DNA of 56,222 nt, filler included, from Dugesia japonica (taxonomy: Eukaryota), in the NCBI GenBank assembly GCA_001938525.1. It is 5 parts of 5 records of this genome, joined end to end, with 100 filler letters (N's around TTAATTAATTAA, not from the genome) between each part and the next. Parts side by side here need not be neighbours in the genome. Positions count along the whole stretch, not along the records: positions 36,759 to 45,378 come from MQRL01583129.1; positions 45,479 to 56,222 come from MQRL01600016.1; 3 more parts are not named here. One strand, given 5' to 3'. Numbering within the stretch: position 1 is the first letter of the stretch; each line of letters begins with the position of its first letter. Below are positions 38,793 to 51,559 of this stretch, one piece after another. The notes under the pieces are model-generated. The model searched no databases, was not told where the DNA came from, and was given only the letters and a program-made list of their open reading frames with translations. The position numbers and the translations under genes were made by a program.

Positions 38793-39499
38793 TATTGATA
38801 ATAATAATAATAATATCAATAATAATAATAGCATTATTTATATTTTAGGTTTATTTAAATTAAGCAATCAAATTTTTTCGTTAATATTTATTTTAAGTTT
38901 TTTATTAACACAAATGTTTAGAATTAATTTTTAAAAATGTTTTGTATAATTAGATAATTTTTATCTTATAATTTTTTCTGTATACTAACAAATTATTTAT
39001 CTCAATTTTAATTTGAAAGTCTCCTCACATTATCCATTTTTTGAATACGTTTACTGAATTTATTTTTTCTTTGCTACATTTCATTAAAAATATTTATTGT
39101 ATGCGAAACAAATAAAGTAGTACTTAAATGATACTATTTTTACTATTGCGATATATTGTCTTTTTGTGTTTTTCCGAATCAATAATTCATTAATGTATCG
39201 TGAAGAATTAAAGGTGTGTCAATAAAAGAAATTAATTCAATTTAATTGTTTGATTTTAATGAAAAATTATACTTTTCAATGTTTACGTCTAAATATTATA
39301 TAATATTAATTACACTACGCCTTACATTTGGGCCGGTATAAAAACTCATGTATCACAAAAATTATTTTTCTAACAGTGTGCTTTTTATTTGTTTCCTAAT
39401 TGGGATGTAGGCGATTCGTCTACCATAGGTTGGCTATGTCAACTTTAAAATAAAAATTATATTGGAGAAGTATTTTTTATTTTAAATGTTGGAAATTAA

Positions 39500-39990
39500 C
39501 AGTATAAATATATATTGTCTGTTGCTTGCAATGTGTTGAACATACTATAGCATGCAGCAATGAATATATGGAACAATTACTCTCTGATAGTTTGGCACAG
39601 ACATGTTCATGTATCTCTTCCAAAGTTCAGTATTGATTGGCACACACACTATATGTTGAATACAGTTGATTTGAATGTTTCAAAATTGTTGAATCGACAG
39701 ATTTTCTACTGTTTTACTTCTTTATCGCTGATTTTAATTTTATCATCAGCCGATAAGTAATATTTGGTAAAATCATTGGTATTATTTACACTATTTTCTT
39801 TAACTTAGCCAAATTGTAACCGACAGTCCAAGTACAAAATAGAAGCTTAACATTAATATAATTTAGAATTGATGCTATCTGGATTTCTTTCTTTTGATCG
39901 TTTATTTACAATTGACGCCACAACAGCAACATATCTTGATAATGGCATTCGTTCTCTTAAACTATATTCACCCTTTAAATTTAGATTTAA
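39500..39990 (-). mobile_element. Possible MULE/SWIM-type transposase remnant in the hyccin intron
   Basis: EYSLRERMPLSRY and a degraded C-x-C...H cluster; heavily mutated. Confidence 0.3.
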
Positions 39991-40159
39991 AAATTTAAAC
40001 AATAATATGTATTAATCATTTAAATTTTCATAGAACTATTGCTACTTTGCTATATTTATTGCTTACACTATTTTTTTTAAAATATAATGCACAATTAAAA
40101 ATTTTTTAATGCTCAATTTTATAAGACATAAAAAATTAGATATATATTTTTAAATTTAG

Positions 40160-40699
40160 GTCATTATTGTTGTAAATGCAATAAAAAATACTCTTGAAAA
40201 CAACATGACAGGTTTACATGATCATGGCCCTCTAGGTTTAAATTTAAATGAAAAAGAGCACATTGTTACTTCTCTTTTATCATTTTCTGATTATGGAATG
40301 CAGTGTGGAAATGACTGGTTTAATACTTCTCAGGTCGTTCAAGATAGAGAAGATTCACTCAACTGTGAACTCGATACAATCACGCAAGTAACTAGTCCAT
40401 GCAAACCAAAATTGAGATCTATTATTACAAATGCATCTTTTCGCACTATGAAACTGCCCGATGATATTCCTATAATTGAAGCAAGTGGGTTTTCTAATTC
40501 CTTGAATATCAATTCACCATCTGGCATAAATTTAAAAAGCGGAAATTCAAAACTCTCAAATATTAAAGCATCGAAAACTCCTAGATTCAAATTCGATTTT
40601 AGGAGTACGGAAAAATTTGAGGGAATTAAAGAATGTGTAATTCAGGAGCAATGTACAACAGCTGCGTCAACTAATCATTCCATTTTGTTTACAAAATCT
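40160..40699 (+). CDS. FAM126: Hyccin/FAM126, next exon (end of hyccin domain and low-complexity tail)
   Basis: Phase-0 continuation VIIVVNAIKNTL (compare PLLVANAIKASL). Contains ITNASFRTMKLPDDIPI, which I recall as conserved in invertebrate hyccins. Donor GTAAGT at 40700; candidate last exon 44718-44792. Confidence 0.8.
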
Positions 40700-41343
40700 G
40701 TAAGTTTGTTTTCTTGATAATATTAATGAAATTAAAAATTAAATANAATGTAATTTTAACATTAATTAAATTATAGTTAATAATTTATTATTTGCTTTTT
40801 AAAGCACTTTGGTGTTAAGTTATTCATATTTTATTATCTGAAAATTTCTAGACTACTATTGTAGAGAATTAAACGGTATACTTAAATTTGATTTATTACA
40901 AAAAATATGCTAAATAGAAGGTATTATTTGTTAAAAGTTGATTTTATTAAGTCATTAATTTAGANGCTAAATTGTAATATTTTGTTATTCTTATCTGTTT
41001 TGTTACTGTTTGTCACTTTTATTTCTTTGTGATAATCATCAACATTTTATTTGATAATTATTATTTATTTTTTAAAATTCATTTTTATGCGTTGCTTTAG
41101 CTTAAAACTAAGTTTTTATTACAGGTTTTTGCAGNNNNNNNNNNNNNNNNNNNNNNNNNNNNNNNNNNNNNNNNNNNNNNNNNNTTAGAAGCTAAATTGT
41201 AATATTTTGTTATTCTTATCTGTTTTGTTACTGTTTGTCACTTTTATTTCTTTGTGATCATCATCAACATTTTATTTGATAATTGTTATTTATTTTTTAA
41301 AATTCATTTTTATGCGTTGCTTTAGCTTAAAACTAAGTTTTTA

Positions 41344-41606
41344 TTACAGGTTTTTGCAGAAATATATTTAAACTATTTCAAAATATATTTAAAATAATAG
41401 TCTTGTAAAATGTTCGAAATATAAGAAAATCAAATATTCCAATATTCATATATTTAAATAAAATTATTTAAATTAATTTAAATAAAATTATTTAAATTAA
41501 TTTAAATAAAATTATTTAAATTAATTTAAATTAAATTATTTAAATAAATTATTGTTTTGCAATATATTTTGAAACTTTTTAAATATATTTCTGCAAGAAC
41601 TTGTAA
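41344..41606. mobile_element. Foldback/MITE-like element with terminal inverted repeats and an internal 24-bp AT tandem
   Basis: TTACAGGTTTTTGCAGAAATATATTT matches the reverse complement of AAATATATTTCTGCAAGAACTTGTAA at 24/26. Internal (AAATAAAATTATTTAAATTAATTT) about 3 copies. Confidence 0.7.
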
Positions 41607-41729
41607 AGTAAAATCCAATAGATTAGTTTTCAAAATTAAAAAAATTCATAATAACTGAAACAAGAATTCCAAAAATCCATTTTATTGGTCAATGTCAAAC
41701 AAATCATAAATGTTTGCTATTGGTTTAAA

Positions 41730-43900
41730 TAGCCTTATAAGTACTCGGCATATGAGAAAAAAAGTTCTGGTTAAGGTGGAAATTCAACAATAGGATTTTC
41801 AAGTAAAAGACGAGGTTGTTATGTCTAGTTAAAAATAAAACTGCATGAAAAATTAATTAAGTCGGTACAGTGTTATTCTAAGTCATTTCTTGTGAATTTT
41901 ATTGAAAGGATACCATCGTAATTGTTAGTTTTCGACGCTTCAAAGATTTTTTAGAGAAATAATAGCATGTTTTAAGGTAAGATTCATTAAAAAATAATTA
42001 AAATTAATTTTATTTATATGATTTTTAATTAATAATTTATAAAAGAGAAATTCTTTGGCTCGTCTTGACATCCCCTTTGACATTTCATAAAAAAACCACG
42101 CATGGCCCTAGATATGAAATTAGATATGAAAATAGATATAACTGTGAAATTAGCAAGTCTCTGCAATGATTTTTATGTGCAAACGTAATACGTAATAGGT
42201 TGGCTTCTGTGAGTCATCTGGCATAATTTAGATTATCTGTTTGGCTACACTGTAGAAATAGTGTGTATTGACTTGAAGAATGTCCTAACTGCGCAGTTGA
42301 ACATGCTTTCATACAACATTACTGATCTGTGCTGAGNNNNNNNNNNNNNNNNNNNNNNNNNNNNNNNNNNNNNNNNNNNNNNNNNNTAAGTACTCGGCAT
42401 ATGAGAAAAAAAGTTCTGGTTAAGGTGGAAATTCAACAATAGGATTTTCAAGTAAAAGACTAGGTTGTTATGTCTAGTTAAAAATAAAACTGCGTGAAAC
42501 ATTAATTAAGTCGGTACAGTGTTATTCCAAGTCATTTCTTGTGAATTTTATTGAAAGGATACCATCGTAATTGTTAGTTTTCGACGCTTCAAAGATTTTT
42601 TTAGAGAAATAATAGCATGTTTTAAGGTAAGATTTATTAAAAAATAATTAAAATTAATTTTATTTATATGATTTTTAATTAATAATTTATAAAAGAGAAA
42701 TTCTTTTGCTCGTCTTGACATCCCCTTTGACATTTGATAAAAAACCATGCAGGGCCATAGATATGAAATTAGATATGAAAATAGATATAACTGTGAAATT
42801 AGCAAGTCTCTGCCATGATTTTGATGTGCAAACGTAATACTAGGCTGGCTTCTGTGAGTCATCTGGCATAATTTAGATAATCTGGTTGGCTACATGGTAG
42901 AAATAGTGTATTGACTTGAAGAATGTCCTAACTGCGCAGTTGAACATGCTTTCATACAACATTACTGATCTGTGCTGAGCTCTTTACAGACATCATCAGG
43001 AATATCAACAACNNNNNNNNNNNNNNNNNNNNNNNNNNNNNNNNNNNNNNNNNNNNNNNNNNNNNNNNNNNNNNNNNNNNNNNNNNNNNNNNNNNNCAAG
43101 TCCTGTCATTTGTCCACCACCAACATCTGAAAAATATTTTCTTAGTGGAAATTCATTGGTGTGTAGTTCACAAACAAACCACTTTAATGGTATCCCCAGT
43201 TGTTACTCTATTTTTCTTAATAAACCATTGTTCTTATCAGTGTTAATGTTTTTTTCCATCACTTAGTATTGCTATCTGTAACATGATCAACATATTTCTT
43301 GTCTGATAAGGAAACTATAACATAGTGCTCCTCCTTCATACTTCTATGACAAATTCTCTCGTCCACTAGATCCATATCCCGTTTTCCATCAAACCAAATA
43401 CACGTTAGTTTCTTAATTTCATTACTGTGCTACAGAATCTCTTGATCTCCANNNNNNNNNNNNNNNNNNNNNNNNNNNNNNNNNNNNNNNNNNNNNNNNN
43501 NNNNNNNNNNNNNNNNNNNNNNNNNNNNNNNNNNNNNNNNNAGAACATGCTATAATCACTGTCCATGTTTTTTTAAAACACTTACATGTGCATACATCAA
43601 ACAACTTTTCTAATTATTAAACTTTATCTTGAAATTCTGCAGATGACCCTTTTTTCAATGGATTAGTCAAGGATAAGTCAAATAACTCGCTTCACTTGAA
43701 CCACAATACTGCTAAAACAAATTGAAAGAATACTTGCTTTATTATAAAACTCTTTCACTTTGTTAGCAATAACTATTGTTCGATTATGTGGTCATGACAA
43801 CTTTTTTATGCAGGTAAAACAAATAACATCTGACAATGTCTAACAGGTTAGTATTTGATTTCTAGGTAGATCAGATGGATGGCAAAAAGTGCCTGCTTTG
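41730..43900 (-). mobile_element. C/DxxH-type DDE transposase remnant (hAT-related), 3' part duplicated
   Basis: CIWFDGKRD...KEEHYVIVS...YVDHV; NTDKNNGLLRKIE*QLGIPLKWFVCELHTNEFPLRKYF; ELSTDQ; YAR*LTEASLVLRL; GPAWFFIK. About 41740-42336 repeats at about 42390-42979. Confidence 0.7.
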
Positions 43901-45129
43901 TGTGGCTTATAGTAGCACAAGTTGCCATGTTTGAACTACAATAATTTGTTAATCAATGACTAAAACACACACAGACCTACATTTTAAATTGCTCTTTAAA
44001 ACGGAACCTAAAGTTACTTAATTTAATTTGAATATTACATGCCTTCAAATATTTCTATGATGTTTAAATCGATTTGACATTAATAGTATTTGACATATAA
44101 TAGTATTAATATGAATCAAGAAAAAATCTAAATCTAAATGATTTTTCCAGCTTCGATTGATTCTAGTGTAAAATAGCATCATTTTAACCACACAGTAAAA
44201 TTCAAGTCAAAATTGGCAACTCAAAATAAAAGTTTTATTCCACTTCTCTTACATATATTTAATCGTGACACTGAAAGGTAACTTTATTTCCATGTTTCAT
44301 GAAAATCATATTTCAATCTTCTATTAAAAATTATTTTACCTAATTTCTCTTGGTTAATATTTTTTCAATTAATTAATTTTCTAGGTTAGCTGGAAATTAT
44401 CAAAAAATTTGATAAAATTATCATTAAATTTGTTACAATAGAAAAGTTTCATGTTTTAAAATTTTTAATAATAAATCATTAAAAATGTTTGTTTTCCTGA
44501 AAACTTTGTGACACATTAAATAAAATAGTTATTTACGAATTTATTTATGTAATTAATTATATTCATAATGTTCTTAAGATAACTGAAAAAGCTAATAAAT
44601 TTTAATAATTTTGCCCTATTTATTATTCCCCGATGATATATTGATTGTTGCTGATAATAAATATTTTGATTTTGATTTGTCAATTTTAATTATTTTTTAT
44701 TATTTTATTTAATTTAGAAGAAAACAAATGATGAAGACCTCAATAATAAAAATAGTAAAATTGAAGATTCAAAAAAAATTACTGAATATTGATTTTTATA
44801 ATTTTATTACTCAGCAAATTTTAAATTTCTGTTTAAACGCGAATATTTTTTTATTGAAATGTTTTAGATTTTAATTGGTATATTTTATATAAATTTCAAA
44901 CGAATTGATCTCAACTTAGTTAATGTGCTTTTTGTGAACTAGAATATATAATTGTAATAATAAATATTTATTCTCCACCTCATGCTGAATTTGTATTCAT
45001 ATATGATGTGTAACGTCGAAAAAATAAATATATTTTATCTTATAACAAGTATTATGTCCATATATTCTTTTTTTATAAAAATCAAAACTATTTGAAGAAT
45101 ATTAGAAACAAAATTGGGATGTTCAACAA

Positions 45130-45378
45130 CATAATAAATCTGTAAATATATCGATGAGAAAAATTGTAAACAAATTTCTGATGAGTTGGAACTTAAATAT
45201 CAAACAGTTAATTCTATAATAAATTTGTATAAAAAAACCCGGTTATATTGAGGCAATAAATACAAGAAATCCGAAGCTGAAAACATTAAATGCTCATATT
45301 GAATTTATAAAAAATAAAATTAACGAAGATATTTCTATGACACTTAGTGAAAAACACTGTTAATCAAATTTGTTTTTT
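45130..45378 (+). mobile_element. IS630/Tc1-like transposase N-terminal HTH remnant, cut by the scaffold end
   Basis: KQISDELELKYQTVNSIINLYKKT...HIEFIKNKINEDISMTLSE. Confidence 0.55.
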
Positions 45379-45545
45379 NNNNNNNNNNNNNNNNNNNNNN
45401 NNNNNNNNNNNNNNNNNNNNNNTTAATTAATTAANNNNNNNNNNNNNNNNNNNNNNNNNNNNNNNNNNNNNNNNNNNNATTGTTTATATACTGACCAATA
45501 AAACCTGTTACGTAATAATCCAATAAAACAAGATTAAAATAAATT

Positions 45546-45950
45546 TCAAAGTGAATGTTTGTCAATTTGAGTATTAAGAATCGGATTATGCAACCAAATC
45601 CTCAAAGCCTCACACGCAATTCTTTCAAAATACTTACCAAAACCGCTGTACAAAACTGGAAATTCATCAATGCTTATTTTGCCTTTTCTATTTTTGCAGA
45701 TACAGGCATGATCTAAAACTGAACTTTTCCTACTCAATCGCATATGTTCGCATCACAACCGTTACAATTAAATTGATAAACTAGGTTAGCGAGCAAAACA
45801 TTTGGTGCAATAGATTTGTTGCTTAAATAGCTTGAGGTTTTTTTAAAGTGAAAATTAATGTAAATTGATTATCATCAAAATATTTCATGAGGGAGCATTT
45901 TAATGACCTTGCTCCTTCCAAGAATGGTAGTTTTATAGTTATTTTTTCTT
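45546..45950 (-). mobile_element. Second Penelope-like family, GIY-YIG remnant
   Basis: LVYQFNCNGCDA followed by SSVLDHAC...ERIACEALRIWLHNPILNTQ (S.V..H...E.L.I....P.LN.Q). Confidence 0.7.
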
Positions 45951-46233
45951 GATTATTGTTAATGTTTTCTTTTATATATATATATATTGACATAGTTATA
46001 GTATTTTAACTAAGCGTCGATAAAAAGGTTCACAGCGTAATTAATTAACTATAACTTCGGAATTAGTCTATCTATATTGATCAAATTTTTTTAAAGTAAT
46101 TTTTACCTATTCGCTACGAATTTAAATTAAAAGATCGTTGAAAAATAATTTTTTTCTACCTCTAATAAAAGTTTAATGAAATTGATATTTACTTTTTTAT
46201 ATTAATTTTTTGTGTAAATTATTCTTTTTTAAC

Positions 46234-46930
46234 ATGGATATTATTATACAAAGTTATACAATCAAATGACGTTATATTAACGTCTGAAGAAGAGGATAAC
46301 TTAGAAGAAATAGGAAAAAAAATTGGAAAATGTAAACGTTTTTTTTTGAAAATGAAAATTTACAAATAAACACAGTTGAAAAAGATAAATTTATTGATAG
46401 CATCAAATTAAATCCTTTCTTCGGCCTATTAGTTATGATGGGTGTCAATCAAGACGAGAACATACCACTTGTGTATTTATGGTCAGAAATGAATGGCAGT
46501 GCATTTTATAAAGCGGGAATATGAAGAGATTGTTTCAAATTTAAATTGCATCACTTGAGTTTTGATGAAAAAGAAATGCGATCACAATGTCGACATAGTG
46601 ATAAGTTGGCTCCTATTAGAGACGTATTCAAGTTAATAAAAAACGATTTCCGGGCTATATAACTCCGTGAGAATGTACAAAAATCGATGGAATGTTTATT
46701 TTATTCAAAGGAAGATGTCCATTCAAAGTTTTTATAAACGAAAAACCTGATAAGTATGGTATTTTATTGCGTGCTCTATTTAATTCTTGGAAGATATACA
46801 TTATAACGATATAACCATATGCTAGTAAGGTGAATTATCAAATAAAGCATTGGATGTAGTGAGTAGATCAGTTGATCCAATTAAAAATATATCAAGAAAT
46901 GTTACAATGGATCGGTATTACAAGGTTTCT
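46234..46930 (+). mobile_element. piggyBac transposase remnant
   Basis: FFGLLVMMGV...LWS; LSFDEK...DKLAPIRDVF; IDGMFILFKGRCPFKVFINEKPDKYGI; RNVTMDRYY. Confidence 0.88.
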
Positions 46931-47611
46931 CAGATAACTTAATAATTTTCTCAAATAATTTAATAATTTTCTCAAATACCTTAATAATTTACCCAATCAG
47001 TTAATAATAAAATAATATAACGTTTTATCTAATTATTTTATTTCAACAATGAATTTCAATAAAAAATATTAACTTAAAAAATCATGTTTCTTTATTTTTA
47101 TATAGTTTTTTAACGTTATTTTATAGCCTTTACATATATTTATCTCATGTTAATCTAAAACAATTATTTAGATATTTATGTCACAATCATTATTCAGAAA
47201 AATAATAATTTAGTAAATTATTGCTCTTTACAAATATTATATTTGGTTCCCGCGTAAGCGGGACTTCAAAGCCAACGTCGCAGGAGGGTGCCATGTCATT
47301 ACTTCTATTATTACATTATTTACATAAGTCATAAAAAACATTTAAAATGCTTTTAAGAAACTCTTTANGAAACAGACAAACTCTTTGAAATTAATTAAAG
47401 TTACAATGTAAACAATTAGTAAATAAGATAATTATTTTGGGACAGAACTCAACAAATCAATTTACAATATAGGCCAATAATTTGAATGATCAAATGAAAT
47501 CGTTGAAACTATGAATAAGCTTCTTTATAAAAAAAATTAGACAGGAAACAATTTTATTCTCNNNNNNNNNNNNNNNNNNNNNNNNNNNNNNNNNNNNNNN
47601 NNNNNNNNNNN

Positions 47612-47681
<70 letters not shown>

Positions 47682-47932
47682 AGGGAATAAAGTAGGGAAA
47701 ACAATTTTTATATGACAATTGTTTTGTTTTTTTGATTATTTAAAGTGGATGACCTTTTTATAGGCACATGAAATCGCATCAATAAATGAAATTTTTTTTC
47801 ATAAGCCAAGCGGAGGTTTAAACCCCTAAACCACCCTTGCCTACGTCACTGGGTTCCTTAAATCTTTTGATAAAATAATTATTTACATTAATGTATCGGT
47901 GAATTAATCCTGACAATTTTTTGGACATTAAG

Positions 47933-48254
47933 GTCAGAAGAAATGCAAATTTTTCCTATCACAATGAATGGTTCCAATACTATATCGTCTAATTATCAAC
48001 CATCTGGTGCAACTATTTCGGAAAATGGGNNNNNNNNNNNNNNNNNNNNNNNNNNNNNNNNNNNNNNNNNNNNNNNNNNNNNNNNNNNNNNNNNNNNNNN
48101 NNNNNNNNNNNNNNNNNNNNNNNNNNNTTCTGGAATCAATAGAAATTCCAGTTCAATGTCAAAATCTAGTAAATCTCATTCGGTTGTTGGAGATACCATA
48201 AAAGAATGTCTTCATTTATGTTTGAAATGTTTTAGAACTATTTTAAATAATCAG
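47933..48254 (+). CDS. FMNL: FMNL/FRL formin, GBD exon (contains an N gap)
   Basis: Ends IKECLHLCLKCFRTILNNQ|GT, compared with FMNL DDVHVCIMCLRAIMNYQ. In frame with the exon at 50778. Confidence 0.75.
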
Positions 48255-48605
48255 GTATTGAATTAATTCGTGTGTTTCCAAAATATCAATTTTATATTAT
48301 AAATTTTTTTTAATATTACTATTACTATTTAAACGATTTCTTAAACAATTATATTTTCATTTTAGAAAAATATCTTAGTTTTTTAATGAACAAGTAATGC
48401 AAACTAAATTAATTTTCTATAACGTTTTTATGATTATTGGTTTTATTTTTAAGAATATATTCTTTAGTTTTGTGAGATGTTTTTAGGTAGTTTTTTTTAG
48501 GTTGATTNNNNNNNNGAAATTGGAAAATGTGGTTATAATTTTTTCTGTTTCCAACTTTAAACAAAATAATCAAGTTCTATCAGTTCTAAAAAATATAATT
48601 GTAAG

Positions 48606-49316
48606 TAAAAGGGTGCGCAAAAAATCCTTGGACTTTCAAATACGTGATTAGTAAAAAGTAATTAAAATGATATTCAATAGAAATTATTTTCAAAATTTAT
48701 TCCATTTGCGTTAATACAGAAACTGGTCGATCACGATGCACACTGTTTTTTTTCGTTAGTTCCATTCCATGCTTTCACTAAATGACTTGACAGAATTATG
48801 GGAATCGACACAAGCTTTAGCCTGAATTCCCCATATTGCATAATCAAGAGAGTTTAAATTTGGTGAGTACGGTGACTATTCATGCGATGTAAGAAAACTT
48901 GGAAAATTCTCTTCGCAGAATTTTTTAGTTATTTTAGCTCGATGCGTGGATTATGCCTTGCGTGATCACGAATGATTTTGTGATTCTTAGGAGTATTAGC
49001 GCTGAGAGATCTTCCTTTTCTAGGACGGTCCATTGTGTGTCATAACTCATTAAAACGTTTTATAATGTATGAAACCATATTTTTTCTGAATCCCAAGCAT
49101 TCTAACTATTTAAACTTGTCGTTTTTTTATTATGTAATGCAATTATAGCTACACATTTACTTAACATAATGTATTTAAAATGTCTTATTAAACAAGCAAA
49201 TCATAATCAATTGATACATAATTAAATACGGATTCTATCAATATTCAATTTTATATATTTAACTTACATTTCACTAGAATTTTATTTATAACAAAAAATT
49301 TTTTGCGCACACTTTA
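48606..49316 (-). mobile_element. Internally deleted Tc1/maT-like element with both TIRs
   Basis: TIRs AAAGGGTGCGCAAAAAA and TTTTTTGCGCACACTTTA; SPYSPNLNSLDYAIWG (SPDLNPLDY.IW). Confidence 0.8.
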
Positions 49317-49479
49317 TTATTGTGTACTAAACAGTTTTCCAGATTAACAAAAAACCTGTCTCTTCTAATTTAATATGATAACAAATTTCATTAATTTATT
49401 TATTTTAATTTTTAATTTCTTTCAGTCATACATTAATAAAAAATTATTTTTATTGTAATGATTTTTTGTGTAATTCCAT

Positions 49480-49685
49480 TAAAATAAAAGCTTCAATCAA
49501 TTTTTTAAGAAAAGTCAATTCCTGGCGAAGACAAAGTCGAAATATCGAATTGTTATCAAATACCAAAAAAAAACAAAATTTTGATTGAAGTTTATATTTT
49601 AAATAAATTATTTTAAAGGAATTCTGAGAAACGATCAATAGTTATGTCCAACAATTATTCTCGCAATAATTGCAATTGTAAAAGA
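49480..49685 (+). mobile_element. PLE terminal repeat with a single-mutation hammerhead (49516-49552)
   Basis: CAATTC-CTGGCGA-AGACAAAGTC-GAAA-TATC-GAATTG; the core A6 position is G. Confidence 0.75.
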
Positions 49686-49979
49686 AAGTCGAGTTGTCCA
49701 AATAAAAAACCACGTCTACGTGCATATAGAACACATCACGAGAAAATAAAAAGTTTTAATTATATATGTTTATTGTAACTAACAATTATAAATAATGCAG
49801 TTTATGAATATTTTAAGTCGTCTTATACTCGAAACAAAAATTTTTTATTCTAAGCAATCTCGCGACATCTCTAGGTATCCGGATCGCCATGTTGAAGGGC
49901 CCAAGTTTAAATACTCGAGTTTATTTTTAAATAATATTAAAAACTGATTTAATTTGATTTCGATTGGAAAAGTGTGTTT

Positions 49980-50430
49980 ACGGTCAATCATGTGATGAGA
50001 GTTTTAAAATGATGGATGTGGTTGATTGTCTAAAGAATAAATGTGAAGTGTTTGGAGTGGTATACTTTCTAAAGCGACATTCTTTCGATGGTTTCAAAAA
50101 TTCTGTTCCGAAGATTTCGATATAGAAAATAAACCTCGCAGAGTAAAATCTATTCACATTGGCGGCATTTTAAAGGCAATGATAAAAATCATCCACAGCA
50201 AACGTCTGAATCAATTAATCATTATTCGTCACATTTATAAGTTTGATATAGTTTCCAAGCTAGACAGTTGGATGCCGCACAAAATAAGTGACAAAACCTA
50301 ATGGGACTGATATACTTGTGTGTTTTGCTGATTATTTCTCAGGACAATGACACTTTTTTCAATTCTCATTGCCACTAGTGATGAAAATGAATAATACACA
50401 ATAATGTAATTAGTAAAATACCGTGGTACA
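49980..50430 (+). mobile_element. mariner transposase remnant
   Basis: FRWFQKFCSEDFDIENKPR; SKLDSWMPHKIS (WVPHEL); IATSDE. Confidence 0.75.
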
Positions 50431-50777
50431 ACAAAATAATATTACTTTACTTTGAACTGCTAATTTATGTGAAAAAATTCAAAATTCTTATTTATTTATA
50501 TTTATAGAATTGTAGTTTTTTCTAAGTAATTTTATTCACTTCTTGTTTTCGATATTTCTTTTCCACTATATTTAATGTAATTCTTTCATTATAACCTTTA
50601 TCATAAAGACTTTATGCTTATGTTTATTAATTGTGTTATTTGAATTTATAAATTTTTTTCAAAATTATAATTTTTATAAGAATATTTTTCTTGTCTTATT
50701 AATATACATTTCATTGAAACTTGAATTTTGTTTATCAAATTTTACTGTTTATTATTTGATTTTACCATCTTGTTCAG

Positions 50778-50854
50778 AAAGGATGTCAAATGGCTTTCGA
50801 ATATAAAGATACTATAAACGTGATAACTATGTGCCTTGTTCACCCAAGTTACCA
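50778..50854 (+). CDS. FMNL: FMNL/FRL formin, internal exon
   Basis: AG/GT-bounded KGCQMAFEYKDTINVITMCLVHPSY, compared with [24 protein letters not shown]. Phase 2 matches the next exon. Confidence 0.8.
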
Positions 50855-51559
50855 GTTAGTAAATTATAATACTTATTTACTTATGTTTATATTAATTCAT
50901 TATTTTCTCGTCATTCACTCTAATTAACTTCAAATAATATCGATTCTATTATGTTTTCTATAATTTCAAATTTTTCTTATTTTTGAAATTGTTTGATCCG
51001 AAAATCTAATTTTTATTTTTCAAGTATTAAATAAAATTAAAATCAATAACTTATTCCTAAAGATCAAATTAATAATTTCCTAAACCCTAATAAATGATGA
51101 ATCCTTACAATTTTATAATCTCTTAGATGATATTAGATTTATTTAGGAAAGATTACCTTTAAAAAATGATTTATAAAAATAAATGTTAAAAATTGATATG
51201 ACATTTCAACGCTTGGTTAATATAATTGATAGAAACTGTCCACCGTATTAAAAATACTAAACTTTAGAATATATAATACTTTTACAAATACATAGTATAT
51301 GTATCCTCAATAAGTAGGTTACAAATACTATAATCTGGCACAGAGAGTTAAGATTTATCACCAAATATTTAATTGAANNNNNNNNNNNNNNNNNNNNNNN
51401 NNNNNNNNNNNNNNNNNNNNNNNNNNNNNNNNNNNNNNNNNNNNNNNNNNNNNNNNNNNNNNNNNNNNNNNAAAAATAACATTCAATTAATGAAACTGAT
51501 ACATGTTTGATAATGAAATATTGGGATAGTACACTGATAGCTAATTTTGAAAAATATAT

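Noticed and set aside
47246-47290. GC hairpin TCCCGCGTAAGCGGGA as a Helitron 3' end or terminator
   Set aside because: No CTRR terminus follows; more likely a subterminal part of the upstream piggyBac element.
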